A DNA stretch of 64,000 nt from an uncultured Aminicenantes bacterium (lineage in GTDB: Bacteria > Acidobacteriota > Aminicenantia > UBA2199): NCBI GenBank assembly GCA_965195285.1, contig CBDAFS010000059.1, positions 1 through 64,000 of the forward strand. Reading direction: 5' to 3'. A program made the translations under genes and the position numbers. Positions 47,601 through 57,434 of this stretch are shown piece by piece. Each line of letters starts with the position of its first letter. Position 1 is the stretch's first letter. A model generated the notes under the pieces. That model was not told the DNA's origin, did no database searches, and saw only the letters and a program-made list of their open reading frames with translations.

Positions 47601-48107
47601 ATCATCAAGGATTTCCATGGCTCCATTGAAGTAGATTCAGAGCTGGATAAGCGAACCACTTTCACCATTTTAATCCCAGCAGTTAAAGAAGAGGTTTATG
47701 ATTCGCCCGAAGAGGTTAAAAAGAAATTGGAAACCGTTATAGAAGGTTCGGTGCTGCTGGTGGATGATGAGAAAGTGATCCGGGAAATCGGCCGGGAAAT
47801 GCTGGATTCCCTGGAAATAAAATGTTTCACGGCTTGTGAAGGTCAGGAGGCCCTGGAAATATTCAAGAAAAACAAAGGCGAGATATCCCTGGTTATTCTG
47901 GATATTGAAATGCCCGGACTGTCTGGTGACCAGGTGGCGGAGAAGCTTAAGAAGATAAAACCTGAAATCAAAATCCTGTTTTCCAGCGGGTATACCCGGG
48001 ATTACCTCGAATCCAATGTTTTCAAAGGAAAGATAAAGCATTTCATTCCCAAACCCTTTCATCTCAATCAACTGGCTGAAAAACTGGATAAACTGATAAG
48101 AACATGA
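44616..48107 (+). CDS. Hybrid sensor histidine kinase (Cache-like, 3 PAS-like, HisKA, HATPase, REC)
   Basis: Two TM; IIHDFNNIL H-box, NLIINA, DNGQGI, FEPFFSTK, GLGL; REC LLVDDE, ILDIEMPG, KPF. Confidence 0.93.
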   Translation: MKKNHFKFFILCFLFSLLFLVILLGIKQIRYNRWLSHEALEKGELLSERILEPERILWGRRLELTRQTALFFQELLEKNVKPRRRVFSTSGSSQRYFSQDKQDQSSMGVFISSRDVEKNEVNKIIQDFALLESRLSSVRGQVFNTFFISKDNWIFVSPGKWIANIGDGHDLRNDIFYQAATPEKNPDKSFITTEIYYDNIWKHWMIGLLIPVYINDEFKGVAGHNVIVDDFIMHAQARKYLENGQLYLVNRDSEIILHRDLMTSYQNRNFEMNQTFAFENAVQDPVAKAVLDRVQTGTDHALLVPAGGKNQIAVIRQLPGLEWRLVWVQEQDQLIGNLNRGIREFILICFAVFILFLILFLIFFRTTLVIPIKSIIKNLSNFQPGTEVIIQDRKTQFFLLNELFSNIENVFVRLSSNVKEIEESKEYVETLMKTVQVFIIVLDTKLKPIYMNEYALKKLEINRDEISKLNIFKYLDKVFFKEIAPEIEKSDNILNKETFMTLGNGKTIDVNISISKFFNTSNQLNGYISVVDDITKRKKAEMNLKNQIAFSRQIFRAIPDIILIVDTNLKIVFYNQKAEKIIEMASEEERNLSAFLSTESLETGFDESLRNTINKGRFIKQINVLNPFKQGFNYVDLIIEPLKSTSEIIGGLIIMRDISEWRNLTERIKNLQEFMGRLIDASPYAVISVNKFDNIAIWNKEAEYLFNINSYRALDNNIFEVSPFFLSYKDVINEAKILRKSFFLSDQKMDFGDESTAVLNLNFYPVQSEDQHVVINIVDISKIRKLEDSLLQAQKMESLGVLTSGIIHDFNNILSGIIGYASLLNKKLASNSEVNQYTSNIIDYSERASGMIRQILGFSKKRLSKKEVLDINEVIEGLLNFLKVNLKNIEITREFSPEKVRLVADKTKFSQVIINLIINAKEALEESLKPEIIVKIDEVEIKDRENLLDGVYAKIVISDNGQGIKKENLEKIFEPFFSTKDKQKSTGLGLATVKDIIKDFHGSIEVDSELDKRTTFTILIPAVKEEVYDSPEEVKKKLETVIEGSVLLVDDEKVIREIGREMLDSLEIKCFTACEGQEALEIFKKNKGEISLVILDIEMPGLSGDQVAEKLKKIKPEIKILFSSGYTRDYLESNVFKGKIKHFIPKPFHLNQLAEKLDKLIRT

Positions 48108-48126
48108 TCCGGGGATAAACCTGACC

Positions 48127-49773
48127 ATGTTAAAAAAGAATTTGGTAAAAACGCCGGAATGGCAGGCTCTGCAGAATCATTATCAAGAAATGACCGGGTT
48201 AACCCTGAGGGATTTGTTTGACCGGGATCGGAATCGTGTGGAAAGGTTTTCCCTCAGGGAAGACGATATTTACCTGGATTACTCTAAAAACCTGATTAAT
48301 ACCCGGACCATGGATCTGTTGCTGAAACTCGCTGTGGCCAGAAATCTGAAAGTGGAAATCGAGAACATGTTCGGTGGTCAAAAAGTCAATCAAAGCGAAG
48401 ATCGTGCCGCCCTGCATATCGCCCTGCGCAATCTGAATGGAAGTCCGGTGACTTTGAACGGTTCCGATGTCATGCCCGGGGTCAGGGCTACCCTGGAAAA
48501 GATGAAAATATTGTCCCGGTCAGTCCGGGAAGGACGCTGGAGAGGTTTCAGCAACAAGCGAATCAATCATATTGTTTATATCGGGATAGGCGGATCTAAC
48601 CTGGGTCCCCGGATGGTGGTCGGGGCCCTGGAATTTTATTGCCGGCGAAACTTGAGTTTTCATTTTGTCAGCAATGTCGATGGTAGCCAGATCAAAGAAA
48701 CCTTGAACAAAATCAACCCGGAGAAAACCCTTTTTATCATTGCCAGCAAAACCTTTAAAACCGAAGAAACCATGACCAATGCCGGTACAGCCAAACAATG
48801 GATTCTGGAATATTTTAAGAGTGAAAAAGCGGTTTTCAATCATTTCCTGGCCATTTCCAGTCAGCGTCAACGGGCAGTTGATTTTGGCATTGATCCGGAA
48901 AATATACTGGATATCTGGGACTGGGTCGGCGGTCGGTTTTCGGTGTCATCGGCTATCGGATTGCCAGTCATGATGGCCATAGGTTACCGGCGTTTCATGG
49001 AATTTCTGAGCGGATTTCATTGGATGGATACCCATTTCAGGGAAGCACCCTTCAAACAAAATATTCCGGTCATACTGGCTCTGCTGGGAATCTGGTATGT
49101 CAATTTTTTTTCGGTTTCCAGCCAGGTCATCATTCCCTATGATTATTACTTGAGGGATTTTCCCGCTTACCTTCAGCAGCTGGAGATGGAATCAAACGGC
49201 AAATCAATTGACCGGAACGGTCAGTCCGTGGCTTACCACACTGCACCCCTGGTATGGGGGCAACCGGGAACAGATGGCCAGCATGCCTTTTTTCAACTCT
49301 TCCATCAGGGAACCCGGCTGGTTGCCTGTGATTTTATCGGGTTTTGCCAATCCCTGAATGATATTGGAGACCACCATCAGAAATTGATATCCAATTTTAT
49401 TGCTCAGACCGAAGCCCTGGCATTCGGTAAAACCAAAGCCGAATTGATCCGGGAAAAGGTTCCTGACAGATTGATTCCGCATAAAATATGTACGGGCAAT
49501 AAACCGACCACCAGCATTCTGGCCGGAAGGTTAACCCCGCAGGTACTGGGTAAACTCATTGCCATGTATGAACACAAGGTGTTTGTGCAGGGAGTCATCT
49601 GGAATATATTTTCCTTTGACCAGTGGGGTGTGGAATTGGGGAAGCAGCTGGCCGGAAGGATATTCCGGGAGCTGTCTGCGGATTATTCCCGGTCCGGAGA
49701 TCATGATGGTTCAACGGCTGGATTGATCCGGTGCTTCAAGGATGCTCAGGAATCCGATCTGAAAAAAGATTGA
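48127..49773 (+). CDS. pgi: Glucose-6-phosphate isomerase
   Basis: GIGGSNLGP, SKTF, WDWVGGRFS, MESNGK, FDQWGVELGK. Confidence 0.97.
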   Translation: MLKKNLVKTPEWQALQNHYQEMTGLTLRDLFDRDRNRVERFSLREDDIYLDYSKNLINTRTMDLLLKLAVARNLKVEIENMFGGQKVNQSEDRAALHIALRNLNGSPVTLNGSDVMPGVRATLEKMKILSRSVREGRWRGFSNKRINHIVYIGIGGSNLGPRMVVGALEFYCRRNLSFHFVSNVDGSQIKETLNKINPEKTLFIIASKTFKTEETMTNAGTAKQWILEYFKSEKAVFNHFLAISSQRQRAVDFGIDPENILDIWDWVGGRFSVSSAIGLPVMMAIGYRRFMEFLSGFHWMDTHFREAPFKQNIPVILALLGIWYVNFFSVSSQVIIPYDYYLRDFPAYLQQLEMESNGKSIDRNGQSVAYHTAPLVWGQPGTDGQHAFFQLFHQGTRLVACDFIGFCQSLNDIGDHHQKLISNFIAQTEALAFGKTKAELIREKVPDRLIPHKICTGNKPTTSILAGRLTPQVLGKLIAMYEHKVFVQGVIWNIFSFDQWGVELGKQLAGRIFRELSADYSRSGDHDGSTAGLIRCFKDAQESDLKKD

Positions 49774-49806
49774 CTCCGGGGTGAATCCAATCTTCATTTG
49801 AATCTG

Positions 49807-51156
49807 ATGTCAAACTCCAAACAAATGTTTCCGGTTAAGATATGGCTTTGCCTGCTGATCATGGTTCTGAATGCGGGTCTCCTCCCTGGTTATACAGAGG
49901 CATCGGAAACAACAGCCCAGGCTCAACTGGAGATGGGGATTGATTCCAGACAGCAGAAATATTTGCGGCCGATATTCAGATATGATTTTGCCTTACCTTT
50001 TGCCTCACTGTTCACCGAGGTGATGTTTTATCAGAGAGCCGGAGACAAACTGAAGGGAGCAATTGATTACTGGTTGAATATCGGGCTTCTGAAAAAAATC
50101 TCTGCCCGCCTGATCGGCGAGGTCCGCCTAAATCATATGTGCCGCCATCTGAGTTCCATTGAAAATCCCGACATTTTTAACCTGAACGAACTGCTGGCCA
50201 GGTTGTGGCTGAATAACAATTCCTCCCGACTGGGAGGGGGGTATGGGATTTATATAGGAGGCAACCAGGATTACCGGTCGTTCCTGATTTTGAATGCCGG
50301 TCTGCCGCATATCTTCGGTTCCGAGCTAAGCTTTGCAGTTGAGATGAAAATCAGAGACTTCCGGGAAATACTGTATGAAGCTGAACTCAACTTCAGTCTG
50401 AGCAGGAGCACTGACCTGTTTATCCGTAATACCCGGCATTATGATTTTGAGAATGCCACCTATATTGGAATTCGGATGAAATCAACCGGAAAGATCGGAG
50501 AATACCTGGAGGCCCTGAAACTGTCAACCGGGTTCTATCCTTACTTCGAGAGTCACAAGGTTCTGGTTGAAGGTGAATTCCGGATGATGTTTTTCAGAAA
50601 TGAGTACCGTCAATTGCTGTTTTCGCTTGATTTTGCCGCTCCGATCATCCGGGATAACGGGTTCTTGGGTGATTTTTATCCGGAGAATATGACCTATGTA
50701 TTCAACCTGGAATATGAGAGAGAGATCAAGTCCGGATGGTTGGTGCTGTGGTATGCCCGGTATTTTTTGAATTTACCCCTGGATACCGACCGGGATTTCC
50801 AGTCGGATCTGGGTACGGGCCTGGGAGTCAGGAATCAATCTGATTTTGACCGGCTGACCAAAGACATTCGATTTGATGTCAGCGCCGGCTATAATTTTAG
50901 CCACCATTACAATATCTGCATCAAGGCCGGATTCAGGTTGTTCAAAAGGGATTGGCTGGATGTCCATACCGATTTGCGGGTGGATCTCAGTGGGGAGCGA
51001 TTTTATTCCAGTTTCAGATTATTTTTAAATTTGGGCCAGGTGATTTCCATTCGACCCTTTATCCGGTTTGACAGGAGCGAAAACACCGGAAATCAGGAAC
51101 CGGCCATTACCAAATTTTTATTTGGTCTCAGCCTGTTCAAATGGTACGACGATTAG
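49807..51156 (+). CDS. Hypothetical exported protein, probable outer-membrane beta-barrel
   Basis: Signal peptide; alternating aromatic/hydrophobic beta-strand pattern; start uncertain (49798, 49807 or 49825). Confidence 0.6.
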   Translation: MSNSKQMFPVKIWLCLLIMVLNAGLLPGYTEASETTAQAQLEMGIDSRQQKYLRPIFRYDFALPFASLFTEVMFYQRAGDKLKGAIDYWLNIGLLKKISARLIGEVRLNHMCRHLSSIENPDIFNLNELLARLWLNNNSSRLGGGYGIYIGGNQDYRSFLILNAGLPHIFGSELSFAVEMKIRDFREILYEAELNFSLSRSTDLFIRNTRHYDFENATYIGIRMKSTGKIGEYLEALKLSTGFYPYFESHKVLVEGEFRMMFFRNEYRQLLFSLDFAAPIIRDNGFLGDFYPENMTYVFNLEYEREIKSGWLVLWYARYFLNLPLDTDRDFQSDLGTGLGVRNQSDFDRLTKDIRFDVSAGYNFSHHYNICIKAGFRLFKRDWLDVHTDLRVDLSGERFYSSFRLFLNLGQVISIRPFIRFDRSENTGNQEPAITKFLFGLSLFKWYDD

Positions 51157-51185
51157 AAGTCCGGTTATTTGAATACAATTCAATT

Positions 51186-52166
51186 TTACAGGAAATTATT
51201 TTCCTTCATCCAGCGGTCATTGAATATGGTACTCAGGTAACGGGAAGCGCTGTCAGGAAAAATAGTTACGATTCGGGCCGGTTTGTCCAGGGTTTTGGCC
51301 AGTTTTAAAACCCCCCACAGGGCTGCCCCGCTGGATCCCCCGCCCAGGATGCCCTCTTCCAGGACCAGCTTTCGAGTGTACCGAAAGGCATCCCTGTCCG
51401 ATATCTGATAGATATCATCAATATTATCGAAATCGGCACAATTGATTAAAAATTCATCTCCCAGCCCTTCGATGGTATAGGGCTTGGGTTTGATGATTTT
51501 TTTATAGTGAAAATAGTCATAAAATATCGAACCCAGGGGATCAATGGCAATGACCCGGATGGCTTGATCCTGTTCCTTCAGATACTGGGCCACTCCGCCA
51601 ATGGTGCCGCCGGTGCCCATGCCCGCCACAAAGTAATCGATCTTTCCATCCATTTGCTCCCAGATTTCAGGACCGGTGGTCCGGTAATGGGCTTCATTGT
51701 TGTCCCGGTTGTTGTGCTGGTCCGGGAAAAAACAGCCCGGGGTTTCCTTGACAATCCGAGGAGTAATATTGTTGTAACTGTCGGGAGAATCAGGCGGCAG
51801 GGAACTGTCAACCAGGTGAATATCCACTCCCAGTGTCTTGAGCTGGTTTATTTTTTCCTTGCTGATCCGGTCCCTGACAATGACCTTTAATTGATATCCC
51901 TTTTGAATGGCCACCAGGGCCAGGCCCAGGGCGGTGTTTCCCGATGAGTTTTCAATGATCAGCTGGCCGTTTTGAATGTGTCCGCTTTTCTCGGCTTTCT
52001 CGATCATATATTTGGCAATTCTATCCTTGACACTGCCCATGGGATTCAGAAATTCCAGCTTGGCAAAAATCTTACTGGAAATATGGTTGGTGATCTTCTG
52101 GAGTTGGATCAACGGTGTGTTTCCGATAATGTCCAGTATGCAGGCATCAGCTTTTTTGTCTTTCAT
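51186..52166 (-). CDS. Cysteine synthase / cystathionine beta-synthase family (PLP)
   Basis: IGNTPL, KLEFLNPMGSVKDR, SSGNT, GMGTGGT, EGLG, FPDSASRYLS; no CBS tail. Confidence 0.92.
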   Translation of the reverse strand: MKDKKADACILDIIGNTPLIQLQKITNHISSKIFAKLEFLNPMGSVKDRIAKYMIEKAEKSGHIQNGQLIIENSSGNTALGLALVAIQKGYQLKVIVRDRISKEKINQLKTLGVDIHLVDSSLPPDSPDSYNNITPRIVKETPGCFFPDQHNNRDNNEAHYRTTGPEIWEQMDGKIDYFVAGMGTGGTIGGVAQYLKEQDQAIRVIAIDPLGSIFYDYFHYKKIIKPKPYTIEGLGDEFLINCADFDNIDDIYQISDRDAFRYTRKLVLEEGILGGGSSGAALWGVLKLAKTLDKPARIVTIFPDSASRYLSTIFNDRWMKENNFL

Positions 52167-52381
52167 GTTGTTTGTCCTCGGTCGATTGTACCTTGACCTT
52201 TCCCCTGGTTTTTCCAGTTTCGGAAAACGGGATTCTCGGCTCCTGAAAATCACCCGGAGAGACTATTGTATATGATAATTGCTATCCTGTAAAGATTTTT
52301 TATGAGAATGGCGATTCTTCCGGATGACAAGCGGCTGGATATCTGGTAGAATGAAGGAGTTGAGAATTTCAGCATAGGGAT

Positions 52382-54229
52382 ATGATTTATTCAAATTTTC
52401 TTTACTTCATTGTGGCCATTATTCTGTTTTCCTCGGCACCCCAGTCAAATATTACCCTGTTCTCTGTTTCCGGCAATCCAATCTGGCTGATCTTGATGGT
52501 TTTCTTATTCTGGCAGTTCAATCGCCTTCATTTCAAACGGTTAAGGACGAAATATGACAATGAAATTTTTGATTTATCCCAGGCCAAAAGGGAATATTAC
52601 CGGTTGATCGGTTTGAACACGGTTATTGCCATATTTCTGTTTGCCATCGAGTTGTTTATGCTGAACTTGAAGGGTTTTTTGGTGAACATACCCTTATTGG
52701 GTGAACTGGAAACCCTGCTCAATGCCGGTGGCCTGCTGATTTTCCTGCTCCATTTGTCCATCGTCTGGTTCTGGTCGTTCCGAACCATGGGTGATATCCT
52801 GAGCTCATCCGCCAGTGCAGGCGATTATATCCGCTCTCAAATTAAATTCAACCTGGTGATCGTCATTCCCTGGCTGATGCTGTCGCTGCTAATCGATTTC
52901 CTTTTCCTGGTCCGAATACCCTTTATTCAGGGATTGCTGGATTCAGCTATTGCCCAGATTGCTTTTGTGGGGGTTTTACTGTTTATCATCGCCCTGTTTG
53001 CCCCGGTTTTAATTACCCGGTTATGGGATTGCCAGCCCCTGGCTGAATCTGAATTGAAAGAAAATATCCTTGAATTTTGCCACTCCCAGGGGGTGAAGTT
53101 TAAGAAGATTATGTCCTGGAACGCCTTGAACCGGGGCCTGATCACGGCCGGGGTGGTGGGGTTGGTGAAACCCTTTCGCTATCTCTTGATCACACCCGGA
53201 TTGATCAACATGTTAAGCCCCGATGAAACCCTGGCCGTGGTGAGCCATGAGGTCGGACATGTCAAGAAAAAGCACCTTCTGTACTATCTGGGTTTTTTTA
53301 TTGGATTCATGATTCTGATCTTTTCGGTTCTGGATCGGTTGCTGAATCTATTTTTAAATACCCGGCTTGGATTCAGCCTGGTGTTTTCAACCGATGGTGG
53401 ATTCAATCTCTCCTTTCTGAGTTTTCTGAGAATTTTTATATCCCTGTTTCTGTTTATATTTTATTTTCGATTCGTATTCGGGTATTTCATGAGAAATTTC
53501 GAGCGTGAAGCGGATCTCTATTGTTTTCAATCCGGGATAAACCCGGTCCATCTGATCGCCAGCTTCATGAAACTGGGTGCCCGTCTGGGGGACGATGGAA
53601 AAAGAAAAAACTGGCACCACTACAATATTGGTCAGCGGATTGATTATATTCGTAAGAGTATGGAGAATCCGAAGTTGATCCAAATCCATAAAAAAAAAGT
53701 CAGGCGTTCATTGAATATTTTTGTTGTCGGCCTGGTGATCTTCACGGTTCTGAGCTTTAATCCCCTGGCCAGTCAATGGGACAATGTCCTGGTGAACGGT
53801 GTAGTTGAAAAGCTGATAGAAAAAAATCCTGATAATGCTCAATATTATTCATATCTGGCCATGCTTTACTATGAACAAAAGAAATGGGAAGCAGCCCGGG
53901 ATGTTTATGAAAAATCCATCCGCCTGAATCCCAATCAGGCTGAATCCCTGAACAATCTGGCCTGGCTTTATTTAAAATGTCCGGCCCGGGAATTTCTGGA
54001 TTTCAAGAGGGCTCTGAAATTGGCCCAAGAAGCCTTCCGGTTGAAAAGAGAATCTTTTATCCTGGACACTCTGGCCGAGGCCTATCTGGCCAATGGCCTG
54101 TATAAAGAAGCGCTGGCAACGGCCCGTCAAGCCCTGGAAATGGCTGGATCCAACCGCAGGTATTACCGGAAACAGCTGAAAAAAATGCAATCAGCCTATA
54201 AAACCTTGGAAAAAAGCATTGCCATCTGA
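52382..54229 (+). CDS. M48 membrane zinc peptidase with C-terminal TPR
   Basis: HEVGH, FEREAD, HH...QRI; TPR LNNLAW...LDTLAEA. Confidence 0.88.
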   Translation: MIYSNFLYFIVAIILFSSAPQSNITLFSVSGNPIWLILMVFLFWQFNRLHFKRLRTKYDNEIFDLSQAKREYYRLIGLNTVIAIFLFAIELFMLNLKGFLVNIPLLGELETLLNAGGLLIFLLHLSIVWFWSFRTMGDILSSSASAGDYIRSQIKFNLVIVIPWLMLSLLIDFLFLVRIPFIQGLLDSAIAQIAFVGVLLFIIALFAPVLITRLWDCQPLAESELKENILEFCHSQGVKFKKIMSWNALNRGLITAGVVGLVKPFRYLLITPGLINMLSPDETLAVVSHEVGHVKKKHLLYYLGFFIGFMILIFSVLDRLLNLFLNTRLGFSLVFSTDGGFNLSFLSFLRIFISLFLFIFYFRFVFGYFMRNFEREADLYCFQSGINPVHLIASFMKLGARLGDDGKRKNWHHYNIGQRIDYIRKSMENPKLIQIHKKKVRRSLNIFVVGLVIFTVLSFNPLASQWDNVLVNGVVEKLIEKNPDNAQYYSYLAMLYYEQKKWEAARDVYEKSIRLNPNQAESLNNLAWLYLKCPAREFLDFKRALKLAQEAFRLKRESFILDTLAEAYLANGLYKEALATARQALEMAGSNRRYYRKQLKKMQSAYKTLEKSIAI

Positions 54230-54239
54230 TTGGAATTGA

Positions 54240-56045
54240 TTATTCGATCTCCATGGCTGCCAGAAAGGCTTCCTGGGGAATATCCACCTTGCCGATCCGC
54301 TTCATTCTCTTTTTCCCCTTTTTCTGTTTTTCCAGCAGTTTCATTTTGCGGGTGATATCCCCACCATAGCATTTGGCCAGAACATTTTTTCGCAAAGCCT
54401 TGACAATGGCCTTGGCGATGATGCGCTTGTTGATGGCTGCCTGAATGACAACTTCAAAAAGCTGGCGGGGAATAATGGATTTTATTTTTGAGGTTAATTG
54501 ATTGCCGATGGCATAGGTTTTATCCTGGTGAACGATGAGCGAAAGGGCATCCACTGGCTGCTGGTTGATCAGTATATCCAGTTTTACTAGGGGGGATTCC
54601 TTAAAACCCTTGAATTCGTAGTCAAATGAGGCATACCCCTTGGATATGGATTTGAGCTTGTTGAAGAAATCATACAGGACTTCGGCCAGGGGAAGTTCAT
54701 AGGTCAGGTAAATTTTTTGTGAACTGATATATTCCATTTTTTTATGGATACCCCGCCGGTTCTGCAACAGTTTGAGGATGTTGCCCAGGTATTCTTCCGG
54801 AGTGAGAACAATGGCTTCGATATAGGGTTCTTCGATTTTAGTTAGATTCTGGGCGGGCGGCATCTGGGCGGGGGATTCGATCTCAAGAAGGTTACCGCTG
54901 GTTGTCGTAATTCGGTACCGTACCGATGGCGATGTGGATATGATGGAAATGTCATATTCCCTCTCCAGTCTTTCCTGAACAATTTCCTTGTGCAGCAGGC
55001 CCAGGAAACCGCAGCGGAACCCGATACCCAAGGCCGGCGAGGTTTCGGGTTCGAATTTGAGGGCGGAGTCATTCAGGGTCAATTTTTCGATGGCCTCGCG
55101 CAGATCCTCATGGCTGGAACCCTCGCCGGGGTAAAACCCGGCAAACACCATGGTCTGGGGTTCCTTGAATCCGGGCAGGGGTTCAACCGTATCCTTTTTG
55201 GCCAGGGTGATGGTGTCACCGATTTTAACCTCGGAGATGTTTTTGATATTTCCGATTATATATCCGACTTCTCCGGCCGAAAGGGTTGACAGGGACCGGG
55301 GCCTGGGGGTAAATACGCCCAGCTCGCTGATCTCGTAAACCGCCTGGGTGGATAGAAATTTTATCCGGTCACCTTTTTTCAATACACCATCCATGAGACG
55401 GACCAGAATAATAACCCCGCGGTAACTGTCAAACCAGGAATCAAATACCAGGGCCCTCAGGGGGCTGGAAACATCTCCCCGGGGAGGGGGGATCCTGTCA
55501 ATGATGGCGGGGATTATCTCCGGGATTCCCTGTCCGGTCTTGGCACTGACCTGAAGCGCTTCTTCCCGGCCAATGCCGATGACATTTTCCATCTGATTCA
55601 GGCTTTTATCCAGTTCATGATTGGGCAAATCGATTTTATTAATGATCGGAATAATGACCAGATCATTTTCCATGGCCAGAGAGGTATTGGCCACGGTCTG
55701 GGCTTCCACCCCCTGGGTGGCATCAATGACCAGCAGGGCCCCCTCGCAGGCAGCTAATGATCTGGATACTTCATAGTTGAAGTCGATATGGCCGGGGGTG
55801 TCGATCAAATTCAGAATATACTCCCGGTTGTGGCTGTCCCGGTAGTTCAGGCATACAAAATGAGATTTGATGGTGATGCCCCTTTCCCTTTCCAGGTCCA
55901 TGGAATCCAGAACCTGTTCCTGCATCTCGCGTTTGGAGATGGCATTGGTGATCTCTAATAGCCGATCCGAAAGGGTGGTCTTTCCATGATCGATGTGGGC
56001 GATAATTGAAAAATTTCTGATATTGGAAGGGGTAAAGCTTGACAT
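54240..56045 (-). CDS. lepA: Elongation factor 4
   Basis: [33 protein letters not shown]. Confidence 0.98.
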   Translation of the reverse strand: MSSFTPSNIRNFSIIAHIDHGKTTLSDRLLEITNAISKREMQEQVLDSMDLERERGITIKSHFVCLNYRDSHNREYILNLIDTPGHIDFNYEVSRSLAACEGALLVIDATQGVEAQTVANTSLAMENDLVIIPIINKIDLPNHELDKSLNQMENVIGIGREEALQVSAKTGQGIPEIIPAIIDRIPPPRGDVSSPLRALVFDSWFDSYRGVIILVRLMDGVLKKGDRIKFLSTQAVYEISELGVFTPRPRSLSTLSAGEVGYIIGNIKNISEVKIGDTITLAKKDTVEPLPGFKEPQTMVFAGFYPGEGSSHEDLREAIEKLTLNDSALKFEPETSPALGIGFRCGFLGLLHKEIVQERLEREYDISIISTSPSVRYRITTTSGNLLEIESPAQMPPAQNLTKIEEPYIEAIVLTPEEYLGNILKLLQNRRGIHKKMEYISSQKIYLTYELPLAEVLYDFFNKLKSISKGYASFDYEFKGFKESPLVKLDILINQQPVDALSLIVHQDKTYAIGNQLTSKIKSIIPRQLFEVVIQAAINKRIIAKAIVKALRKNVLAKCYGGDITRKMKLLEKQKKGKKRMKRIGKVDIPQEAFLAAMEIE

Positions 56046-56055
56046 CCGGGATGAC

Positions 56056-57123
56056 CTATTTGATTCCTTTTACGGCATAGGCGGGGGAGGCAAAAAGTAT
56101 CTGATTGAGTTTGTCCACATTGGTATTAAAGGTTTGGGCCAGTGCATTGTCCGGAGGAATTGTTTCCAGTTTTTCATCGACCAATTCTGCAGAGTAAAAT
56201 ATGTCCACCTGGGAAAACCCGGAATTTTCCAGAAGATAGCGCATGTACTCGGGGTGGAGGGGCGTTTGATGGGTGACATCCAGGAAAAATATCCGGCTCA
56301 GGGCAAATAGTGAGAGTGGATTGATGGTTTCCAAAATCACGGGGGCTCGGGGTTTCAATACCCGGAAACATTCCAGGACCACCTCTCTCAGGTACTTGGG
56401 CCTGAAATGCTCGATGACCTGGGAAGAGAATATTCCTCCCACAGACTGATCGGGTCTTTGCTTCAACGCAGTGAGGATATCCTGCTGGATACAGTTGAGA
56501 CCCTTGTGCCGGGCCCTGGCCAGCATGGATTCCGAAATATCAATCCCCTCGGCCTGTTTACCTTTGTTTTGTAAAAGTTCCAGAAATTCTCCTCGCCCGC
56601 AGCCCAGATCCAGTATGTGATCGGTATGAATGAAATGTTGCAGATAGGCCTTCAGATTTTCCTGAATGGTGGCTTCATCACCCCTGAAACGGTGTTCGAA
56701 ATCAGAGTACTGGAAAGGTGACAATTTTTCCTTTATATCATTAAGCTGTTGCCGTTCAGTCGGATCCAGCCCGGATTCCGCTTTATCAATGATTCCCTGT
56801 AGGGATTTTTCCAAATTGACAAAGTTGATCAGCAGGGTCTTGACATTTGAGTATTCGGCCTCCAGTTTTTCGATCTTCCATTGAAGCGATTGGTAGACCA
56901 TGGTGGCGTGGTTGTTGGAATAGGCATCCCATTCTTTATCCTGGGAAGTCATCCACTCATCCAGGTGACTGACCAGTTCAGAAAGTTTCTCCCGGATTTC
57001 CGGTTTCCCTGATTTGAAAATCCCCCGGCCTTTCAAGAGTCTTGCGATCTCTTCGATGGTATTTTGAAATCTTTTCCGGTGATCTTTTCGCTTCTCGATT
57101 AATGCTTCAATTGACCGTTTCAT
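56056..57123 (-). CDS. Class I SAM methyltransferase with N-terminal coiled coil
   Basis: [36 protein letters not shown]; start re-assigned to ATG 57123. Confidence 0.85.
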   Translation of the reverse strand: MKRSIEALIEKRKDHRKRFQNTIEEIARLLKGRGIFKSGKPEIREKLSELVSHLDEWMTSQDKEWDAYSNNHATMVYQSLQWKIEKLEAEYSNVKTLLINFVNLEKSLQGIIDKAESGLDPTERQQLNDIKEKLSPFQYSDFEHRFRGDEATIQENLKAYLQHFIHTDHILDLGCGRGEFLELLQNKGKQAEGIDISESMLARARHKGLNCIQQDILTALKQRPDQSVGGIFSSQVIEHFRPKYLREVVLECFRVLKPRAPVILETINPLSLFALSRIFFLDVTHQTPLHPEYMRYLLENSGFSQVDIFYSAELVDEKLETIPPDNALAQTFNTNVDKLNQILFASPAYAVKGIK

Positions 57124-57295
57124 TATCAGAATCTTTTTCTTTGTTTTTATCCTGTTCCCTGGAAATCGACTTCTTGAAGTTTCTGATGCCTTCGCCAAGG
57201 CCCCGGCCCAATCCGGGTAATTTTTTTCCGCCGAAGAGAAAAGCAATGACCAGGAATATTAACAGTATTTCCCAAAATCCGAGACTTCCAAACAT
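57107..57295 (-). CDS. tatA: Twin-arginine translocase subunit TatA
   Basis: LGFWEILLI...LFGGKKLPGLGRGLGEGIRNFK; SD AAGGAG. Confidence 0.95.
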   Translation of the reverse strand: MFGSLGFWEILLIFLVIAFLFGGKKLPGLGRGLGEGIRNFKKSISREQDKNKEKDSDNETVN

Positions 57296-57434
57296 ATTTT
57301 ACTCCTTAAAACAGATACCGTCGCCAACCCTATGGAAAAACATGAATTTGCCGTTATTATTGGTTTATTGTAATGCTTTCAGGTTCCGGTGTCAAGACAA
57401 ATAGAAAAATGAGGGATCTTGAATGTTGTCCGGT

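Noticed and set aside
57296-57365. tatA leader containing GGCAAA and GGCGACGGT, reminiscent of c-di-GMP-I or fluoride riboswitches
   Set aside because: Required pairing partners and downstream conserved elements are missing
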